NCBI GenBank assembly: GCA_963758495.1
Contig: CAVWVI010000003.1
Span: 384,001 to 448,000 of the forward strand
Direction of reading: 5' to 3'
Source: Oligoflexia bacterium
Lineage (GTDB): Bacteria; Bdellovibrionota; UBA1018
DNA: 64,000 nt
The notes under the pieces were generated by a model. The model made no database searches and was not told the DNA's origin. It worked only from the letters and a program-made list of their open reading frames with translations. Below, in pieces: positions 40,214 through 51,148 of this stretch; positions within the stretch are counted from its first letter, which is position 1; each line of letters starts with the position of its first letter. The translations under genes were made by a program, and so were the position numbers.

Positions 40214-40253
40214 ACGGAATCAGGAATTACAAAAAGTATGTTCCTGATTCCGT
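40214..40253. terminator. Stem-loop downstream of flgE (13-bp perfect arms)
   Basis: ACGGAATCAGGAA / TTCCTGATTCCGT; T-tract only on the + side, so its role for the minus-strand operon may be stabilisation or pausing. Confidence 0.55.
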
Positions 40254-40269
40254 TTTTAAGAGCTTTTTT

Positions 40270-41553
40270 CTAGGTCCTCTTAAGATTCATAATTTCCTGT
40301 AACATTTCATCAGCAGTACTGACTACTTTACTGTTTGCTTGGAAATTTCTTTGAGCTTGAATCAAATTAATAAACTCACTCGCTACGTCTGTAGTCGAGG
40401 ATTCAATCGTCTTCGATGAAATTCTCCCTCGACCACCTGACTGAGGAATTCCTACGGTAGGCTGACCCGAGAGGCGACTCTCACGAAAGCGATTTTGACC
40501 CACTTTCATTAACCCTTCTGGGTTTTCGAATTTGGCCAAGGCTATTTGTGCTAAATTGAAATTTTCTCCGTTGGTATATACAGCAGTAAGCATGCCATCA
40601 TCATTGAAGCTCATACCTGCCAAGGTACCGGCGGTAAAACCATCCTGCATTGTCTTATAATTTTCTGAATTGGTTCCATACTGAGTCACCTGTAAACCAT
40701 TTCCTCCATGCGCCTTTTCCTCACCAAAGTTGAACCTAATCGCCTGATCAGGTAAAGCCCCTTTATTAAAATTGAAGGATGACTTATCAGTAATCTGATC
40801 TTTCAATCGCCCATCAGTATCGAATACTAACCGCCCCTTAGCACATTCTACCAATTGTCCTTTTTTCCCCGAGGTAGTCTCTTCCCCTTTTGCCATTGCT
40901 CGCCACGTCCAAATGCCGTCGTCGGTCTTATTCATATAAAGAGTGGTTACATGGGCTGTACCTGCAGTATCATACACCGTCACCCCTGTAGCAAAATGGG
41001 AAGTCTGCTCAGGATGAGTTGGGTCAAAGACAAGTGATTTATCAGCTCGAAAGTCAAGGTTCATAAACATTTTCACTTCACTGGTCTTTTTTGCATCGAT
41101 CACCGTACGACCAATATCGATAGGTCCCAGCTTAGAAGTAATTTTTCCATTTTCATCCGACTGAAATCCCATAACATGGAAATTATCGGCGTTAATGAGC
41201 TTTCCATCTTTATCAAAATGAAATGCTCCATTGCGAGAATAACTTTGTCCATCATCGCCATTCACACAAAAAAAGCCATCGCCCGTAATTGCAAGATCGG
41301 TTGAAGACTCTGTAGGTAATATTGAACCTTGAGAGAAAATTGGATTTACAGCCGCGAGCCGCACTCCTCGACCGATCTGGTTTCCACCGAGCAACCCCTT
41401 AAGTGATTTCGCGATCACATCCTGAAACTCAGGACGACTCACCTTAAATCCAACGGTACTTGAGTTTGCGATATTGTCGCCGTAAATTGACAGCGCTTCA
41501 CCTTGCGCACTTAATCCAGATACACCAGTATACATTGACGATAGAATTCCCAT
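40270..41553 (-). CDS. flgE: Flagellar hook protein FlgE
   Basis: SMYTGVSGL, NIANSSTVGFK, TDLAITGDGFF and AQRNFQANSKV. Confidence 0.96.
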   Translation of the reverse strand: MGILSSMYTGVSGLSAQGEALSIYGDNIANSSTVGFKVSRPEFQDVIAKSLKGLLGGNQIGRGVRLAAVNPIFSQGSILPTESSTDLAITGDGFFCVNGDDGQSYSRNGAFHFDKDGKLINADNFHVMGFQSDENGKITSKLGPIDIGRTVIDAKKTSEVKMFMNLDFRADKSLVFDPTHPEQTSHFATGVTVYDTAGTAHVTTLYMNKTDDGIWTWRAMAKGEETTSGKKGQLVECAKGRLVFDTDGRLKDQITDKSSFNFNKGALPDQAIRFNFGEEKAHGGNGLQVTQYGTNSENYKTMQDGFTAGTLAGMSFNDDGMLTAVYTNGENFNLAQIALAKFENPEGLMKVGQNRFRESRLSGQPTVGIPQSGGRGRISSKTIESSTTDVASEFINLIQAQRNFQANSKVVSTADEMLQEIMNLKRT

Positions 41554-41642
41554 AGGAACGCCTCCATGCGTTTTATTAATCTAACCCATCAATCATTCAA
41601 GGTTAGTTAGGCTTCCCAAATTGGGTCCAGCCTAAAGTTACG

Positions 41643-42071
41643 TTAAATAATTACTGCACCATCTATATTCGTGAATACATTACCAGCTAGCGAATCTCTA
41701 TCTAGTGCTGTAATCACAGTCCGATTCTTTACACTCACAATCAATGCCGTCGTTGAAGTTAAAACCAATGCCTCCTCCACGCCTTTAGCTTCGGCTTTAT
41801 CAACCGCATTATTGACTTTAGCCATGGTCATCGGGTCCAGAGCTATCTTTCGATCTCTCATCCTTTGAGCAGCATGAGAAGAGAACTTAAGAGGGGCTTT
41901 GATTTGACTTAAATCCGACTTATTCTCAGCCTCTCCCAAAGCTCTATCAAAGACTTGATCAAATTCTCCTTTTACACCCTCTTGCTTCTTCAGTTGCCTC
42001 TCAGACGGAGAAATCCCAACCTGAGAGGGTAACGAAGTTACATTCGGATACAGAAACCTTGCATCACTCAA
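41643..42071 (-). CDS. Flagellar operon protein (TIGR02530-like)
   Basis: LKFSSHAAQRM, NRTVITA and NVFTNIDGAV. Confidence 0.88.
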   Translation of the reverse strand: MSDARFLYPNVTSLPSQVGISPSERQLKKQEGVKGEFDQVFDRALGEAENKSDLSQIKAPLKFSSHAAQRMRDRKIALDPMTMAKVNNAVDKAEAKGVEEALVLTSTTALIVSVKNRTVITALDRDSLAGNVFTNIDGAVII

Positions 42072-43171
42072 TTTATATCACCTCCTTTTGGTATCTCAAT
42101 TTTAGCTTGATCCGGATCTTGCAATCCATTTGGAAAACCTTTTTCAATTTCCGGTGGGTTATTTACAGGGATTTTAGGCATGTTATTTACTGGCATGTCA
42201 TTTTGGCCCTTATTGACAACCTTTAATTCCTCTGGTTTAAAACCATCTAGATTATTAGATCCAACTCCCCTTTGAAATCCAATAAAATTATTTTGCTTGG
42301 GCGGCTCACTTACTGCAGATTCACTATTTTTTCCGATATTAGACGGAATACTGTCCATTTCAATTCGAACAATATTTCGCATGGTAACTTTGTCTTGGTG
42401 ACGAGAATCACCCACTAAAAAGATAGGTTCTGTGCCTTCGAAACTAATACCAACAATCTTGGATAGCATTTGCGGATTAGTTTCAATAGCCTGACCACGG
42501 TCATCTTTGGCCTCTATGCGAATCATATAATTACCGGCTTTTGCGGGAAGTGAATTGCTTCTGATTCCATCCCAATTGAAATTCACATTACCGGCCTTCT
42601 CTGAACCTAGGTCTTTTTCAAATACAGATTCTCCTGCTTCATTGGCAATCTGGACATGCACGGTAGCCGCGTTTTTAGGGAGTCTAAACTCAAGCGAATC
42701 CGTTTGTCCCTCAAGATGTGGAAATCTCCCTCGATCAATCGTGACATTTTTTCCTATAAGATTAGTCATTGCCATTTGTTCGATAGGTTTATTTTGAGCT
42801 GCCATTTTATTTAAATTTTGGTTTACATTCTGTAATTGTTCAACTGATGTAAATTGTGCTATCTCAGTTGCCATTTGCTCTGCTTTGAATGGGTTAATTG
42901 GATCCTGGTTTTTCATCTGCGTAATCATTATTTTTAGAAAGTCATCCTTACCTAATGTCTTCTTTATTTCTCTAGGTTTCTCTGGTCTTTCTCCATATTT
43001 CGCTTGGATTTCGTTATAGATTTCACCATACTTTGCAGATGTTGCAGCCTGTTTAGCATCCTTATCATTTGCAAGTAATCCACCTGAAGCCGACGCTCCT
43101 CCACTATTCAATGGACTATTCACTGCTAGATCGCTTTGAGATGCCCCACCTTTTCCAATACCTTGCAACAT
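42068..43171 (-). CDS. flgD: Hook capping protein FlgD
   Basis: LGKDDFLKIMITQMKNQDP, AQFTSVEQ and FNWDG. Confidence 0.94.
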   Translation of the reverse strand: MLQGIGKGGASQSDLAVNSPLNSGGASASGGLLANDKDAKQAATSAKYGEIYNEIQAKYGERPEKPREIKKTLGKDDFLKIMITQMKNQDPINPFKAEQMATEIAQFTSVEQLQNVNQNLNKMAAQNKPIEQMAMTNLIGKNVTIDRGRFPHLEGQTDSLEFRLPKNAATVHVQIANEAGESVFEKDLGSEKAGNVNFNWDGIRSNSLPAKAGNYMIRIEAKDDRGQAIETNPQMLSKIVGISFEGTEPIFLVGDSRHQDKVTMRNIVRIEMDSIPSNIGKNSESAVSEPPKQNNFIGFQRGVGSNNLDGFKPEELKVVNKGQNDMPVNNMPKIPVNNPPEIEKGFPNGLQDPDQAKIEIPKGGDIN

Positions 43172-43200
43172 CTATATCCTACTTTCCTCTCACTCTTCTC

Positions 43201-43237
43201 AAAAGAGGGAGTGCTGCCATTGACAAACAACACTCCC
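43201..43237 (-). terminator. Intrinsic-terminator-like hairpin between fliK and flgD
   Basis: Minus strand GGGAGTGTTG-loop-CAGCACTCCC followed by TCTTTT. Confidence 0.55.
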
Positions 43238-43257
43238 CTAATCCAGTATCCTTACAC

Positions 43258-44892
43258 TTACGCTTTCACATCAATTCGACCTTGAATCATAGATTGCCTT
43301 GAATCAGCAGCTACCCTCAAGGGCTCAATCATGGGTGTTCTAAATTGGCTTTTTCCTCCCCCATTTTGGAATGAAAGATCCGATTCAGATCCAAACCATT
43401 GTCCTGATTGTCCTTGTTGATGACTTTGATTCCCATTTTGTCCAAGGGACTCTTGAAATGCAGAATGCCCCTGTGACTGACTAAAATCTTGACTCAACTC
43501 GCCATTATTGGAACTCCCTATAGATCCAGCAACTGTTAAATCCACGCTATTCAAGCTTAGCTTTTGAGCTGAAAGACTGTCTTTGAGATGGCTGATACTT
43601 TCCTCAATGACTTTTTTAGCCTTAGCATCTGATGCTTGAATTTGAAGACTGACGAGACTACCGTCAGTAATCACGCGCACATTCAGTTCCCCTAAGTTAC
43701 CCGGCTTCAACCGAATTCGCATTTCTCCTCCTCCTTGAGAAGAGAGATTACGAATTCCTGTACTGATATTCATCAGTGAGTCTGTTGCTAGCCGACTCTT
43801 AGACATCGCTCCAGGGATGACTTGACCTGAAATCTCTAAAGCTGGTTTAGCTGTAGAAGAATTCAGCGCATTTAACTGTACGGAAGCAAAATGCGATTGA
43901 TCCGGTTTTGAAGTAATTTGTAATTCCTCTCCGAATGGTAATTTCTTACCTTTCGACCGAGTATTACCCATTTCTCCAATCCACTCCTGCTTACCTTCCG
44001 ACTGAGGATTTTCTGAATCCGATTTATTCAAAGTATTTACACCACTTCGAACTAAATTCAATGTATTCAAAAATTCACCACCGGATAAGTTCGCAGACAA
44101 GTGCGAATCTATTGACTTCTGTGATCCTTTTAGATTCGCCTCAGGTAGCCGCTGAATTACGGCCGCTTCTCCAATTATCGAACCAGATTGTAAATATTGC
44201 CCTGGCGTACTCTCAATCGACTGAACACCTGGGAAACGCTGATCTTGCGATAATTGAAGTAATTTCTGCCCGTGACCTCGTTCAACTGACTCTAATTGCC
44301 CCGGATTCAATTGATCTGTTTGATTGAATTCTTCAACCCAACTTCCCTGCTCCGCCTCACCCCCCAAATCTCGCGGATTTATCCCTCTAAGCTTCGATAA
44401 GTGATTACCCATCAAAGCAGAAGGAGTCTGCGATGCCTTGGATATAAGGTTCGAAACACTTCCTTTATCCAATGGCTTGAGTCCAGCAAATGCGGTAACA
44501 GATTGATCCGGATTAAAATCAACTTTAGATTGACCTTCGGCTTTATCCGTTTGTTTTAATCCGACCTCACCCTGCTTCAAAGTGTCTAAGTTTTTCAACT
44601 TCTCACTTAAAACAGGATTCTCTCTCATAAAGGCATCCTTACCTTTTTGAGCCTTGTCTCCCTCAATTACCTTATCTCCTTTGATCTGTTCGGGTTGTAC
44701 TACTTGCCCTAACTGACCAGGAAAATTCTGAGTTCCAAGTATTTGAGTTGCTGCATTCAGTTGAGTCAATTCCGATTGAAAATCGGAATCAGAATCAGTC
44801 CGCTTTTTCGAATTTTTCTGCAACTGAACCAGCTTGTCATCCCGAAGACGGTTGCGGTCCACTGACATTACGTTGTTCGTGACTTCGTTCAT
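43258..44892 (-). CDS. fliK: Hook-length control protein FliK
   Basis: Low-complexity N-terminus and C-terminal MRIRLKPGNLGEL.V; AGGAGG SD before ATG 44892. Confidence 0.88.
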   Translation of the reverse strand: MNEVTNNVMSVDRNRLRDDKLVQLQKNSKKRTDSDSDFQSELTQLNAATQILGTQNFPGQLGQVVQPEQIKGDKVIEGDKAQKGKDAFMRENPVLSEKLKNLDTLKQGEVGLKQTDKAEGQSKVDFNPDQSVTAFAGLKPLDKGSVSNLISKASQTPSALMGNHLSKLRGINPRDLGGEAEQGSWVEEFNQTDQLNPGQLESVERGHGQKLLQLSQDQRFPGVQSIESTPGQYLQSGSIIGEAAVIQRLPEANLKGSQKSIDSHLSANLSGGEFLNTLNLVRSGVNTLNKSDSENPQSEGKQEWIGEMGNTRSKGKKLPFGEELQITSKPDQSHFASVQLNALNSSTAKPALEISGQVIPGAMSKSRLATDSLMNISTGIRNLSSQGGGEMRIRLKPGNLGELNVRVITDGSLVSLQIQASDAKAKKVIEESISHLKDSLSAQKLSLNSVDLTVAGSIGSSNNGELSQDFSQSQGHSAFQESLGQNGNQSHQQGQSGQWFGSESDLSFQNGGGKSQFRTPMIEPLRVAADSRQSMIQGRIDVKA

Positions 44893-45508
44893 TTTTATCA
44901 CCTCCTTTCGTTATTGAATTTTCATACCCATCCATGTCACGCGACATGGTCGCCTTTCTCTCAGATGAGAGAGATCTTTTGGCATGAACTACCCCTGCCA
45001 TAAGCTCTGAAAGTTTTGTCGATCGTACTGAGTCCATTAAATTCATGATCTTGGCTAAACGCGCGGTATCCATTTGAGACAATGTAGCAACTGCCAAATC
45101 ATCATCCAGCGTGCTCAGCACTTTAGCTGCAGCTTTTGGACTCATTGTAAGAAAAGTCTCTACTAACTTTAAGATTTTCTCTTCGTTTTCTTTAGTTTTA
45201 GCTTCATATGATTTGGCAATATCTTCACGAAGCACTTTTAATTTTTTAAACTCCTCAGCTAAAGCATCCTCTCTTGCCTTTAGTTCGGATGCCTTTGTCA
45301 CTAACTCTTTCCGCTTGACCTCATTTGAGTCTCGAACTTTTGAAAGATCTTCAAGAATCGCCTGATCCACCATACATCCACTATTTTTTACCGTGCTTTT
45401 TATTGGCGCATTAGATTCATCCTCCCCTGCAAGTACGGTAAGAATGCGAGTGCCTAATATTCCTAAAAATACTGATAACAATATTTTTTCCATCAACTGT
45501 CGTTTCAC
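44837..45508 (-). CDS. MotE/FlbB-like (MgtE N-terminal-like) flagellar protein
   Basis: N-terminal TM, coiled coil and MSPKAAAKVL...LAKIMNLMD; between fliJ and fliK. Confidence 0.75.
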   Translation of the reverse strand: MKRQLMEKILLSVFLGILGTRILTVLAGEDESNAPIKSTVKNSGCMVDQAILEDLSKVRDSNEVKRKELVTKASELKAREDALAEEFKKLKVLREDIAKSYEAKTKENEEKILKLVETFLTMSPKAAAKVLSTLDDDLAVATLSQMDTARLAKIMNLMDSVRSTKLSELMAGVVHAKRSLSSERKATMSRDMDGYENSITKGGDKNERSHEQRNVSGPQPSSG

Positions 45509-45957
45509 AAGATTTCCTCTTTTAACCTATGGCGCATAATCATAAGATCATCGAGTTCATTGTTTTCTTGCTTAATCAGTTGCTTTTTATAATCTTGATA
45601 CGCATGATCATAAATAATTTCAATCATTCGAGTCTGTCTTTTTGCAAACAAATACGCTTTCAGTGCCTTTTCTACGCTACGATTTGCCCTAAGGATGGCG
45701 TGATCAGCTTGAAGTATCCACTGCTTAGTACCACTAATATAGTCTTGTTCTGCAAGAAATGCTGATATCTTCACTGGAGCATTTGCTAACTGTTCACGTC
45801 TTTCAAGAGCACTTCGATACTCCGTAACAAGATATTCTTTACGCTTGAGTTCGGCTTGATAAATTTCTTGCTTGCTCGCAAGATTCCGCAGCGATTCATT
45901 TTCTTTGTTCTTTCTCGCATCAAGTACAGTAGCAAGTTTAAATTTAAACTTCTTCAT
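45505..45957 (-). CDS. fliJ: Flagellar export chaperone FliJ
   Basis: MKKFKFKLATVL, coiled coil and ELDD; directly after fliI. Confidence 0.88.
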   Translation of the reverse strand: MKKFKFKLATVLDARKNKENESLRNLASKQEIYQAELKRKEYLVTEYRSALERREQLANAPVKISAFLAEQDYISGTKQWILQADHAILRANRSVEKALKAYLFAKRQTRMIEIIYDHAYQDYKKQLIKQENNELDDLMIMRHRLKEEIL

Positions 45958-46064
45958 TCTTTTTATATTTTCTAACTATTAATTTAAAATTAAAAGACTG
46001 AATGTTTTTCCCGCTAGGGGCAAATTATGCCGTAAGTAGTTCCTTTAGGGCTGTAACCGCTCCC

Positions 46065-47489
46065 CTAAAACCTAACTTTTTGGGATGCTTGTGCTTGATT
46101 TATCGAAGCACCGGAAAGTTGCGGGTGAGTCGCAAGGATGGCTTCACCATGACGAACAATGGAGTGCATCGCTTCTAAAGTAACAGCCATATTTGACTGT
46201 TCATTGAATCCTTGCCTTAAGAAGGCTGTAATTCTATCATTTACTCCTACGGCCTGATCTATTTTTGGATTACTTCCACGTACATATGCCCCTATATTGA
46301 TTAAATCTTCTACTTGATTATAAATTGCGATCCACTCTCGAATCTGACTTGCCCAAGCTTGATGTTCGGGCGTAATAACGGCACGCATCACGCGACTTGT
46401 ACTTTGTAATATATCGATTGCAGGAAAATGATTCTTCTGGGCAATTTTTCGACTCAGAACAATATGACCATCGAGAACGGAGCGAGTAGCATCCGCGATA
46501 GGATCATCTAAATCATCCCCTTCAACAAGAACAGAATATAATCCAGTAATGCTGCCACGAGCAGGCGACATTCCGGCACGTTCCAATAGTTTTGGGATCA
46601 TTGAAAATACACTCGGCGTATACCCTTTAGATGCAGGAGGCTCTCCCATTGAAAGGCCTATTTCTCTTTGAGCCATGCAAAATCGCGTAACGGAATCCAT
46701 CAGTAAAAGAACATCTTTTCCCTTATCTCGAAAATACTCTGCAATTGTCGTCGCAAGAAATGCACCCCGCATTCTCAATAGAGGAGACTTATCTGAAGTA
46801 GAAACAACTACTATAGATTTTTTCATCCCTTCTGGGCCTAATTCATTTTCAATAAATTCACGAACCTCACGGCCCCGTTCGCCTATTAAAGCAATGACAT
46901 TAATATCGGCCGAGGTATGTTTGGCCATCATCCCCAAAAGCACTGACTTTCCTACACCAGAACCAGCTAAAATACCTAAACGTTGTCCTTTACCACAAGT
47001 TAAAAAACCATTAATAGCTCGAACCCCCAGATCAAGAGGCTTCTCAATCATTTGGCGGTCTAGAGGATGAGCCGGTTTATAATAAAGGCTTCGCTCTTCA
47101 AAATTATAATGATCAAGCTCCTTGAATCCGAATCCATCCAAAGGAACTCCTCGAGCATCAATGACTCTTCCAAGTAACCAAGTTCCTACTCCTACCATAG
47201 CTGATTTTCGTTTCAAAATAACCAAACTATCTTTATTAATTCCAGGTACCTCCTCATACGGCATGAGAAGCACACGCTCCTCTTTAAAGCCGACCACTTC
47301 TGCTTCTACTCCCTGGCCACTGGATGAATCACCCGAGGTTAATATCCTACAAATGCTACCAATGCCTGCACCCGGTAAGTGAGCTTCAAAAATAAGTCCC
47401 ATTGATTTGGTAATTTTTCCAGCTTCAGTATATCTGAGTGATTGAGCTAACCGCTCCCCATAGAGCATCTCATCTATTTTCCAATTCAA
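46065..47489 (-). CDS. fliI: Flagellar export ATPase FliI
   Basis: AGSGVGKS Walker A, GERGREV, DSVTRF and LDGHIVLSR. Confidence 0.97.
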   Translation of the reverse strand: MNWKIDEMLYGERLAQSLRYTEAGKITKSMGLIFEAHLPGAGIGSICRILTSGDSSSGQGVEAEVVGFKEERVLLMPYEEVPGINKDSLVILKRKSAMVGVGTWLLGRVIDARGVPLDGFGFKELDHYNFEERSLYYKPAHPLDRQMIEKPLDLGVRAINGFLTCGKGQRLGILAGSGVGKSVLLGMMAKHTSADINVIALIGERGREVREFIENELGPEGMKKSIVVVSTSDKSPLLRMRGAFLATTIAEYFRDKGKDVLLLMDSVTRFCMAQREIGLSMGEPPASKGYTPSVFSMIPKLLERAGMSPARGSITGLYSVLVEGDDLDDPIADATRSVLDGHIVLSRKIAQKNHFPAIDILQSTSRVMRAVITPEHQAWASQIREWIAIYNQVEDLINIGAYVRGSNPKIDQAVGVNDRITAFLRQGFNEQSNMAVTLEAMHSIVRHGEAILATHPQLSGASINQAQASQKVRF

Positions 47490-48340
47490 GATTCACCTAA
47501 AGTTTTCGTCCCGACTAAGGCATCATAAATTGCCTCAATCTGAGTATCTATGCTCGCATCAATTACATTCCAATGAGTTTCAACTTTGCATCCTCCTCTT
47601 CTTACTTGAGGGGATGGTACGATTTTTAAATTAGTTAAATTGTCGTAAGCTTTTGATAAACCCTCTTTTAATAACTCTATAGTATGGATATCGTCTGGAT
47701 GAATCAATAGGGTTACATGATCCCGAACTCCAATTTTTCCAATAAGTTCTGTCGCTAATCGAAGCACATATCCACTATCTGTGGATAACTCTTTGAGAGT
47801 AATCGTGCGCCCAATTTTGAAAATAATCTCCATCAAAAATCGTTCATTCGCTCTAAATATTTCTAATTTCGCAGATTCTGCCTCAGCGACCATACGATTA
47901 AATTGCTCTAAATTTGCAGTAGCCTCCTTATTAAACTTATCAAATGCCTCCTGATATCCTTTTTTCAATCCCTCTTGATATCCAAGCAAATCCGCTTCTG
48001 ACTTTACTTCTTGAGCAATTTCCTCTACCCTCGCACGAACTCTTTCATCCATAGCTCGCATTTCTTCAGCTTCAATCGACAAGGGGTCACGAAGAAGTGG
48101 ATTTAAACTAAAACGACGATCTTTTTGTGGTCGATTTCGTCTTTCATGATCAGTAGAAGCTAACGGTCCATATTTTTCTTTAACAGTTTTATACTCTTTT
48201 TCATTACTTTTATTGAAGGCATTCAACTCAAATTCCTTAATGACTGGCTTTTGAATATTTTCGAAATTAACAACCTTGTAGTCTGAGTTTTCAGAAGCTT
48301 CATGAATAATTTTGAATTTTCCTAATTTAAATTCAGACAT
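47486..48340 (-). CDS. fliH: Flagellar assembly protein FliH
   Basis: GxxxG repeats (GYQEGLKKGYQE), IHPDD and GGCKVET. Confidence 0.9.
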   Translation of the reverse strand: MSEFKLGKFKIIHEASENSDYKVVNFENIQKPVIKEFELNAFNKSNEKEYKTVKEKYGPLASTDHERRNRPQKDRRFSLNPLLRDPLSIEAEEMRAMDERVRARVEEIAQEVKSEADLLGYQEGLKKGYQEAFDKFNKEATANLEQFNRMVAEAESAKLEIFRANERFLMEIIFKIGRTITLKELSTDSGYVLRLATELIGKIGVRDHVTLLIHPDDIHTIELLKEGLSKAYDNLTNLKIVPSPQVRRGGCKVETHWNVIDASIDTQIEAIYDALVGTKTLGES

Positions 48341-48368
48341 AGTTTAACTTGCCTTACTCCAAATTATT

Positions 48369-49382
48369 CTAAACCAAGGCATCCGCATCTCCCCCTCGAT
48401 TAATAATAATCTTACCTTCCGCTTCAAGTCGTTTTGCGACATTAACAATTTCTTGCTGTGCAGTTTCAACATCTGAAAGTCGAACTGGTCCCATTGCTTC
48501 CAGATCCTCTTTCAAGAGCTCAGCCGCTCTTTTAGAGATATTCTTAAATATTTTATCACGAATTTCCTCTGGAGCTGTCTTTAATGCTACTACTAGTTTA
48601 TCATTAGATACGTCTTTAAGTAGCAATTGCATTCCGCGGTCATCAATAAAACTGATGTCCTCGAACACGAACATAAGTTTTCTAATTTCCTCTGCCAATT
48701 GAGGATCTTTCTCTTCGACCCTTGCCATAATATTTTGCTCGCTGGACTTGTCCATAATATTGAGCATTTCCGCGATGGGCTGTACGCCTCCCAATTGCTG
48801 AGTGTCTATCGAACCCAAAGTAGCAAGCTCCTGCTTGAGTACCTCGTCTACTTGTGCAATCAGATTAGGAGAAATAAAGTCAAGATTTGCGATACGTAAA
48901 ACGACTTCTGTTTGAATCGATTCCGGCAACCGTTTTAATACTTCGCACTTTTTAGACGGCTCAAGGTGAGCTAATATGAGCGCTACCGTTTGAGGGTGTT
49001 CGTTTACCAAGAAATTAGCAAGAGTTCGTGGGTCTACAAGTTCTAGAGCCTCTAAAGTTCGACTTCCTTCCAAAACAGAGAGCTGCCCAAGAACCGTTTT
49101 CGCTCTTTCTTCTCCTAATGTCGAAAGAACGAAATCCCTTCCCTGTGCATGTCCAAAAATCAAATTATCTTCTTCAGCTATTTCAGTATAAAATGCTTCA
49201 AGTACCAACTTGACTGAAGGAATTGGAATTTTTGTAACTTGACCCATTGCACTCACAAGTCTCTTAACATCGTTATCTTTCATTTTTTGAAATATTTGCG
49301 AAGTAACTTGATTTCCAAGCACGTTTAAAAGAAGGGCTGATTTTTCAAGTCCGTTCATTTCCTCGAAACTATCAAATGACAT
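48369..49382 (-). CDS. fliG: Flagellar motor switch FliG
   Basis: EHPQTVALIL, MFVFED and MGPVRLSDVE. Confidence 0.97.
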   Translation of the reverse strand: MSFDSFEEMNGLEKSALLLNVLGNQVTSQIFQKMKDNDVKRLVSAMGQVTKIPIPSVKLVLEAFYTEIAEEDNLIFGHAQGRDFVLSTLGEERAKTVLGQLSVLEGSRTLEALELVDPRTLANFLVNEHPQTVALILAHLEPSKKCEVLKRLPESIQTEVVLRIANLDFISPNLIAQVDEVLKQELATLGSIDTQQLGGVQPIAEMLNIMDKSSEQNIMARVEEKDPQLAEEIRKLMFVFEDISFIDDRGMQLLLKDVSNDKLVVALKTAPEEIRDKIFKNISKRAAELLKEDLEAMGPVRLSDVETAQQEIVNVAKRLEAEGKIIINRGGDADALV

Positions 49383-49415
49383 TTTAACGCCTGTCCTCTC
49401 AGATTTTAGATTATC

Positions 49416-51113
49416 CTACGCTGTCGCGGCTTTATCGCGACCCTTCGCCGCCTCTTCTTGATTTCGTTTTTTCGTCTCTCCATGTAACCAGTCCTTCAAA
49501 ATAAGGGCTGCCTTATGGGGGTTTGCGTCCACTAAAGTAATGATTTTTTCTTTAATCATTTCTCCTTCAACTTTAACTGGATCCATACTTTCAGGAAGCA
49601 CGGGTATCACATCATCTAAATTTGGAATGTTAGTATTCTTTTGAATGGTTTCTAACTCCTCGATGGTTTGAGGTAGGAAAGTATCAACACTATCGGTTGT
49701 ATTTTCCGTTATCCACTTCATGAACGGCCTCACGACAAGGAAGAAAAAGAGCATAATTGCCAAGCCAATTACGCCGTACACCACCAAGTTTTGAATATAA
49801 CTATTACGATCATGGTCCGCAATCACCCGTTGCGCTTCATCAAAGTCTTCACGTGTGAATTCCATATTCTTTATTTCAATAGAATCTCCACGTTTTTTAT
49901 CTAATCCTACTGCTTCAGAAGCTATTACTAAAAATTCCTGTAATCTTTCCGGCGGCCAACTCTCTACTTTTGTAGTCACTTGGCCGTCTTTACTCACAGT
50001 CTTATTCGTCTTTCCATCTATAACAATTGCCACGGAAAGTCGCTTAATTGAACCTAAAGCCCTCGTCATCTTCCGAACTGTTTGTGGAACCTCATAGTTT
50101 GTAACTTCGTTATTTTTAGAAGTCTCTGTTTTGACTTCCCCGTTAGCAGCCGGTGGTTGTCCTGGAGTATTCGAAGTATTCCCAGATACTCCATAGGGTC
50201 CAGGACGAGTGCCATTCATCGAATCATTATGCTTTTCTACAGATCGAATAGCAGTACCATCGGAATCGTAGACTGTCTGAGTCTCATTGATTTGGGAAAA
50301 GTCCAGTTCAGCAGAAACTTTCGCTACTACATGCCCGTCTCCCACAATATGGGAGAGCATATTTTCAATTCTCTTTTCTAAATCCGATTCTACCTTTTCT
50401 TGAAAATCAAGCTGTCCCGCGGTCGCCGCAGAAAGTGGATCAGTAGGATTTTTAGAAAGAGTTTTACCATTGGAGTCCATGATGACAACGTCTGTGACCT
50501 CAAGACCCTCGACTGCCCTTGCTACCAAATTACCAATTCCAAAAACCTGCTTATCCGAAAGAGAGATACCTGGATCGAGATCGATTACTACTGAAGCAGT
50601 AGATTTTTTCTGATCTTCAACAAATGTTGTTTTTTGAGGAAGAGCCAGATGAACTCTGGAGCGCTTTACTCCTTTAATAGTATTTATAGTTCTTATTAAC
50701 TCGCCCTCTAGGGCTCGCTTCTGATTTAATTTTTGAACAAAGCTCGTCGTACCTAAAGATTGCTTATCAAAGAGTTCGTAACCGATTACCCCCGACTGCG
50801 GTAGCCCCATAGTGGATAACTCTAGTCTTAAGTCGTAAAGGTTTTCTTGGGGGATAGAGATGTTTTTACCGGTTACATCAATTTTAAATGGAATATGTTT
50901 TTCTCTTAAAAGACGAATAATATTACTGGAATCCTCTCCACTTAAATTAGACATCAAAATAACATAACTTGTATTTCCCGCCCAAAAAAACAAGGCTACC
51001 AAGCCTAAAATGATTGTTGAACTGACCAATACTAATGCTATTTTTTTCCCAACACTAAGAGAATTAAGGAATTCAACTATTTGCGCATATACTTTATTTA
51101 CGTAATTTCCCAC
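49416..51113 (-). CDS. fliF: MS-ring protein FliF
   Basis: Two TMs, GYELFD, RALEGEL.RTI, RVHLALP and TNYEV. Confidence 0.97.
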   Translation of the reverse strand: MGNYVNKVYAQIVEFLNSLSVGKKIALVLVSSTIILGLVALFFWAGNTSYVILMSNLSGEDSSNIIRLLREKHIPFKIDVTGKNISIPQENLYDLRLELSTMGLPQSGVIGYELFDKQSLGTTSFVQKLNQKRALEGELIRTINTIKGVKRSRVHLALPQKTTFVEDQKKSTASVVIDLDPGISLSDKQVFGIGNLVARAVEGLEVTDVVIMDSNGKTLSKNPTDPLSAATAGQLDFQEKVESDLEKRIENMLSHIVGDGHVVAKVSAELDFSQINETQTVYDSDGTAIRSVEKHNDSMNGTRPGPYGVSGNTSNTPGQPPAANGEVKTETSKNNEVTNYEVPQTVRKMTRALGSIKRLSVAIVIDGKTNKTVSKDGQVTTKVESWPPERLQEFLVIASEAVGLDKKRGDSIEIKNMEFTREDFDEAQRVIADHDRNSYIQNLVVYGVIGLAIMLFFFLVVRPFMKWITENTTDSVDTFLPQTIEELETIQKNTNIPNLDDVIPVLPESMDPVKVEGEMIKEKIITLVDANPHKAALILKDWLHGETKKRNQEEAAKGRDKAATA

Positions 51114-51148
51114 TATGTCACCAAATCTCTAATTTACATTTTTAATAA

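Noticed and set aside
46019..46032. GGCATAATTTGC as a sigma54 promoter for fliJ (similar site near 60979)
   Set aside because: GG-to-GC spacing is 8 nt rather than the required 10
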